Assembly (NCBI RefSeq): GCF_044324785.1
Contig: NZ_CP172127.1
Strand: one strand, 5' to 3'
DNA from: Escherichia coli
Lineage (GTDB): Bacteria; Pseudomonadota; Gammaproteobacteria; Enterobacterales; Enterobacteriaceae
DNA length: 64,000 nucleotides
Shown: in pieces, positions 61,533-64,000 of the stretch
Numbering within the stretch: the first letter of the stretch is position 1
How the letters are laid out: every line of letters starts with the position of its first letter
Notes under the pieces: generated by a model
Told to the model about the DNA's origin: nothing
Database searches by the model: none
The model's input: only the letters and a program-made list of their open reading frames with translations
Made by a program: the position numbers and the translations under genes

Positions 61533-62570
61533 TCAAGACGCCTTCGCCAGCTCCTTCACCAGCGGTAGCATTATCCGCATAACATCACGGCAGCGACGTT
61601 CTATTCTTCCTGGAAGTGCCTTATCAATATGTTGTTGATTATCCAGTCTTACGTCATGCCAGCTATTTCCCGCAGGGAATGCGGCTGTTTTTGCGCGTTG
61701 CTGATAACCATCTTTATTCCCAAGATTCCAGTTTGTCGCTTCCACCGAAAGTACAGCAATGCCCGCTTTGTCGAATATTTCGGCGTCATTACAACACCCA
61801 GTGCCTTTCGGATAATTTTTATTCAAACCCGGATTGGTCGTTGCGGCAATTCCATGACTACGCGCAATTGCCAGCGCCCTGTCGCGCGTTAATTTCCTTA
61901 CTGCTTCAGGGGTTTTTACACCGCTGTTGAAATACAATTTATCGCCAACAATTAAGTTATCGAGATTAATCACCAGCAGCGTATTTTTCTTTTCGGTGTC
62001 ACTCATCCGCTTGAGTAAATTCTCAGCGCCTAATTTTCCTTCCTCTTCGCCGCTGGTCGCCACAAATCGAATACCATACTCGGTAGGCGTATTTTTCAGA
62101 CGTTCTGCCAATTCCAGCATGACACCTAAACCTGCGGCGTTATCATCCATTCCTTGTAACGTCAGCCCGCCGAGATTGGCATCGGCGTCAGCATCGCTCA
62201 GCGGGGCGTAAGTATCCAGATGCGCCATAATGATGATCTGCTGCGGCGCTTTGCCTTCATGAGCGGCAATCACCGTACTTCCCGTCACGTTATGCCAGCT
62301 CTTGCGATTATCGCGGGCGGTATAAATATACCGACTATTAAATGTCCGAATATCACTGCGATAACCCATTTGCTGAAACTGTTGGCGAATATAATCGGCA
62401 GATAACATTTCTGCAGGAGTTCCGGTCATGCGTCCCGGAAAGAAAGTAGCAATATGTCGTGCCTGGGTATTAGCAAAATCGCCAGGTTTAGGTGACGAGG
62501 CGTGTACGGGGAGAATAAAGCATACGCCGAGCGCCAGGGCAGCGGTACGGTGGCGCAATGCGGAAAACAT
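61533..62570 (-). CDS. iap: Alkaline phosphatase isozyme conversion aminopeptidase
   Basis: 345-aa ORF MFSALRHRTAALALGVCFILPVHASSPKPGDF... (signal peptide, M28-type peptidase). Confidence 0.92.
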   Translation of the reverse strand: MFSALRHRTAALALGVCFILPVHASSPKPGDFANTQARHIATFFPGRMTGTPAEMLSADYIRQQFQQMGYRSDIRTFNSRYIYTARDNRKSWHNVTGSTVIAAHEGKAPQQIIIMAHLDTYAPLSDADADANLGGLTLQGMDDNAAGLGVMLELAERLKNTPTEYGIRFVATSGEEEGKLGAENLLKRMSDTEKKNTLLVINLDNLIVGDKLYFNSGVKTPEAVRKLTRDRALAIARSHGIAATTNPGLNKNYPKGTGCCNDAEIFDKAGIAVLSVEATNWNLGNKDGYQQRAKTAAFPAGNSWHDVRLDNQQHIDKALPGRIERRCRDVMRIMLPLVKELAKAS

Positions 62571-62821
62571 AGTGAGTCCTTAAATACCATGCAAATTTTT
62601 TTACCGCCATAGTATGAAACTGCCGCTGCGCTAAAACAATTTCAAATCTTCCTAAACGCCCGAAATCCGGTGCCTTAAGCACTTTTTGATATTAGCTTTG
62701 CCAAATCGTTATTCCGTTAAGGAACTACTCATTCTAATTGGTAATTTCATTCGTTCTCTTACGCTCCCTATAGTCGAAACATCTGATGGCAAGAAAATAG
62801 CGGTATTGCAAAGGAACGGTT

Positions 62822-63730
62822 ATGGATCAAAAACGACTTACTCACCTGCGGCAACTGGAGGCGGAAAGCATCCACATTATTCGCGAGGTGGCGGCAGAAT
62901 TCTCAAATCCGGTGATGCTCTACTCTATCGGTAAAGATTCCAGCGTCATGTTGCATCTGGCGCGCAAGGCGTTTTATCCAGGTACGCTGCCTTTCCCGTT
63001 GCTGCATGTCGATACCGGCTGGAAATTCCGCGAGATGTATGAGTTCCGCGATCGTACGGCGAAAGCCTACGGCTGCGAGCTGCTGGTGCATAAAAACCCG
63101 GAAGGCGTGGCGATGGGGATTAATCCATTCGTACACGGCAGCGCGAAACATACCGATATTATGAAAACTGAAGGCCTGAAACAGGCGCTGAACAAATACG
63201 GTTTTGATGCCGCCTTCGGTGGTGCGCGCCGTGACGAAGAGAAATCCCGCGCTAAAGAGCGAATCTACTCTTTCCGTGACCGCTTCCATCGCTGGGATCC
63301 GAAAAATCAGCGCCCGGAGCTGTGGCACAACTACAACGGGCAAATTAACAAAGGCGAAAGCATCCGCGTCTTCCCGCTCTCTAACTGGACCGAGCAGGAT
63401 ATCTGGCAATACATCTGGCTGGAAAATATTGACATTGTTCCACTGTATCTCGCTGCGGAACGACCGGTTCTGGAACGCGACGGTATGTTGATGATGATTG
63501 ATGACAACCGTATCGACCTGCAACCGGGAGAAGTGATTAAAAAACGGATGGTGCGTTTCCGTACGCTGGGCTGCTGGCCGCTGACCGGTGCGGTGGAGTC
63601 AAATGCACAAACACTGCCGGAAATCATCGAAGAGATGCTGGTTTCCACCACCAGTGAACGCCAGGGTCGCGTGATTGACCGCGACCAGGCGGGATCCATG
63701 GAGTTGAAAAAACGTCAGGGGTATTTTTAA
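62822..63730 (+). CDS. cysD: Sulfate adenylyltransferase subunit 2
   Basis: 302-aa [50 protein letters not shown]... (PAPS-reductase-like fold). Confidence 0.96.
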
Positions 63731-63731
63731 G

Positions 63732-64000
63732 ATGAACACCGCACTTGCACAACAAATCGCCAATGAAGGCGGCGTCGAAGCCTGGATGATTGCGCAACAA
63801 CATAAAAGCCTGCTGCGTTTTCTGACCTGTGGTAGCGTCGATGACGGCAAAAGTACCCTGATTGGTCGCCTGCTGCACGATACCCGCCAAATCTACGAAG
63901 ATCAGCTCTCATCGCTGCATAACGACAGTAAACGTCACGGCACCCAGGGCGAAAAGCTGGATCTGGCACTGCTGGTGGACGGCCTGCAAGCTGAGCGCGA
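63732..64000 (+). CDS. cysN: Sulfate adenylyltransferase subunit 1 (GTPase), N-terminal part; continues beyond window
   Basis: ATG at 63732 two nt after the cysD stop; [48 protein letters not shown]... (P-loop GxxDDGKST). Confidence 0.93.

Overview
This window reads as an Escherichia coli chromosomal segment, syntenic with the K-12 fuc-sdaCB-csrB-gud-barA-relA-pyrG-eno-ygc-cysJIH-cas-iap-cysDN region but in reverse-complement orientation; gene identities come from reading the ORF-track translations against protein sequences recalled from memory, with no database search run. Gene order: fucU (partial), fucK, fucI, fucP | fucA, fucO | xni, sdaB, sdaC, ppnN, queF | syd, CsrB sRNA, yqcC, truC, yqcA, gudP, gudX, gudD | barA | rlmD, relA, mazG, pyrG, eno | ygcG | queE | CRISPR array (10 repeats, 9 spacers) plus a degenerate mini-array | ygcE, yqcE | ygcW, ygcU, ygcS, ygcR, ygcQ | ygcP, ygcO, ygcN, queD | cysJ, cysI, cysH | hok-like toxin ORF | cas3, cse1, cse2, cas7, cas5, cas6e, cas1, cas2 | CRISPR array (12 repeats, 11 spacers) | iap | cysD, cysN (partial). 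The main system is a complete type I-E CRISPR-Cas locus flanked by two arrays; it is not a new system, but the locus has several features worth a second look. (1) cas7 (casC), the Cascade backbone gene, carries a single in-frame TAA at 57307-57309 with Cas7-like sequence continuing in the same frame, so it is a probable pseudogene. (2) An intact 50-codon Hok/Gef-family type I toxin ORF sits between cysH and cas3. (3) A solitary CRISPR repeat in inverted orientation lies just downstream of cas3. (4) The mazEF toxin-antitoxin pair that sits between relA and mazG in K-12 is absent, with only 95 bp between the two genes. (5) The Cas proteins are strongly divergent from the K-12 versions as I recall them, while flanking housekeeping genes look K-12-like. 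(6) The ygcN-ygcE block remains a cryptic catabolic island with a FixABCX-like electron-transfer module. No IS elements, integrases, prophage genes, rRNA or tRNA genes were recognised.
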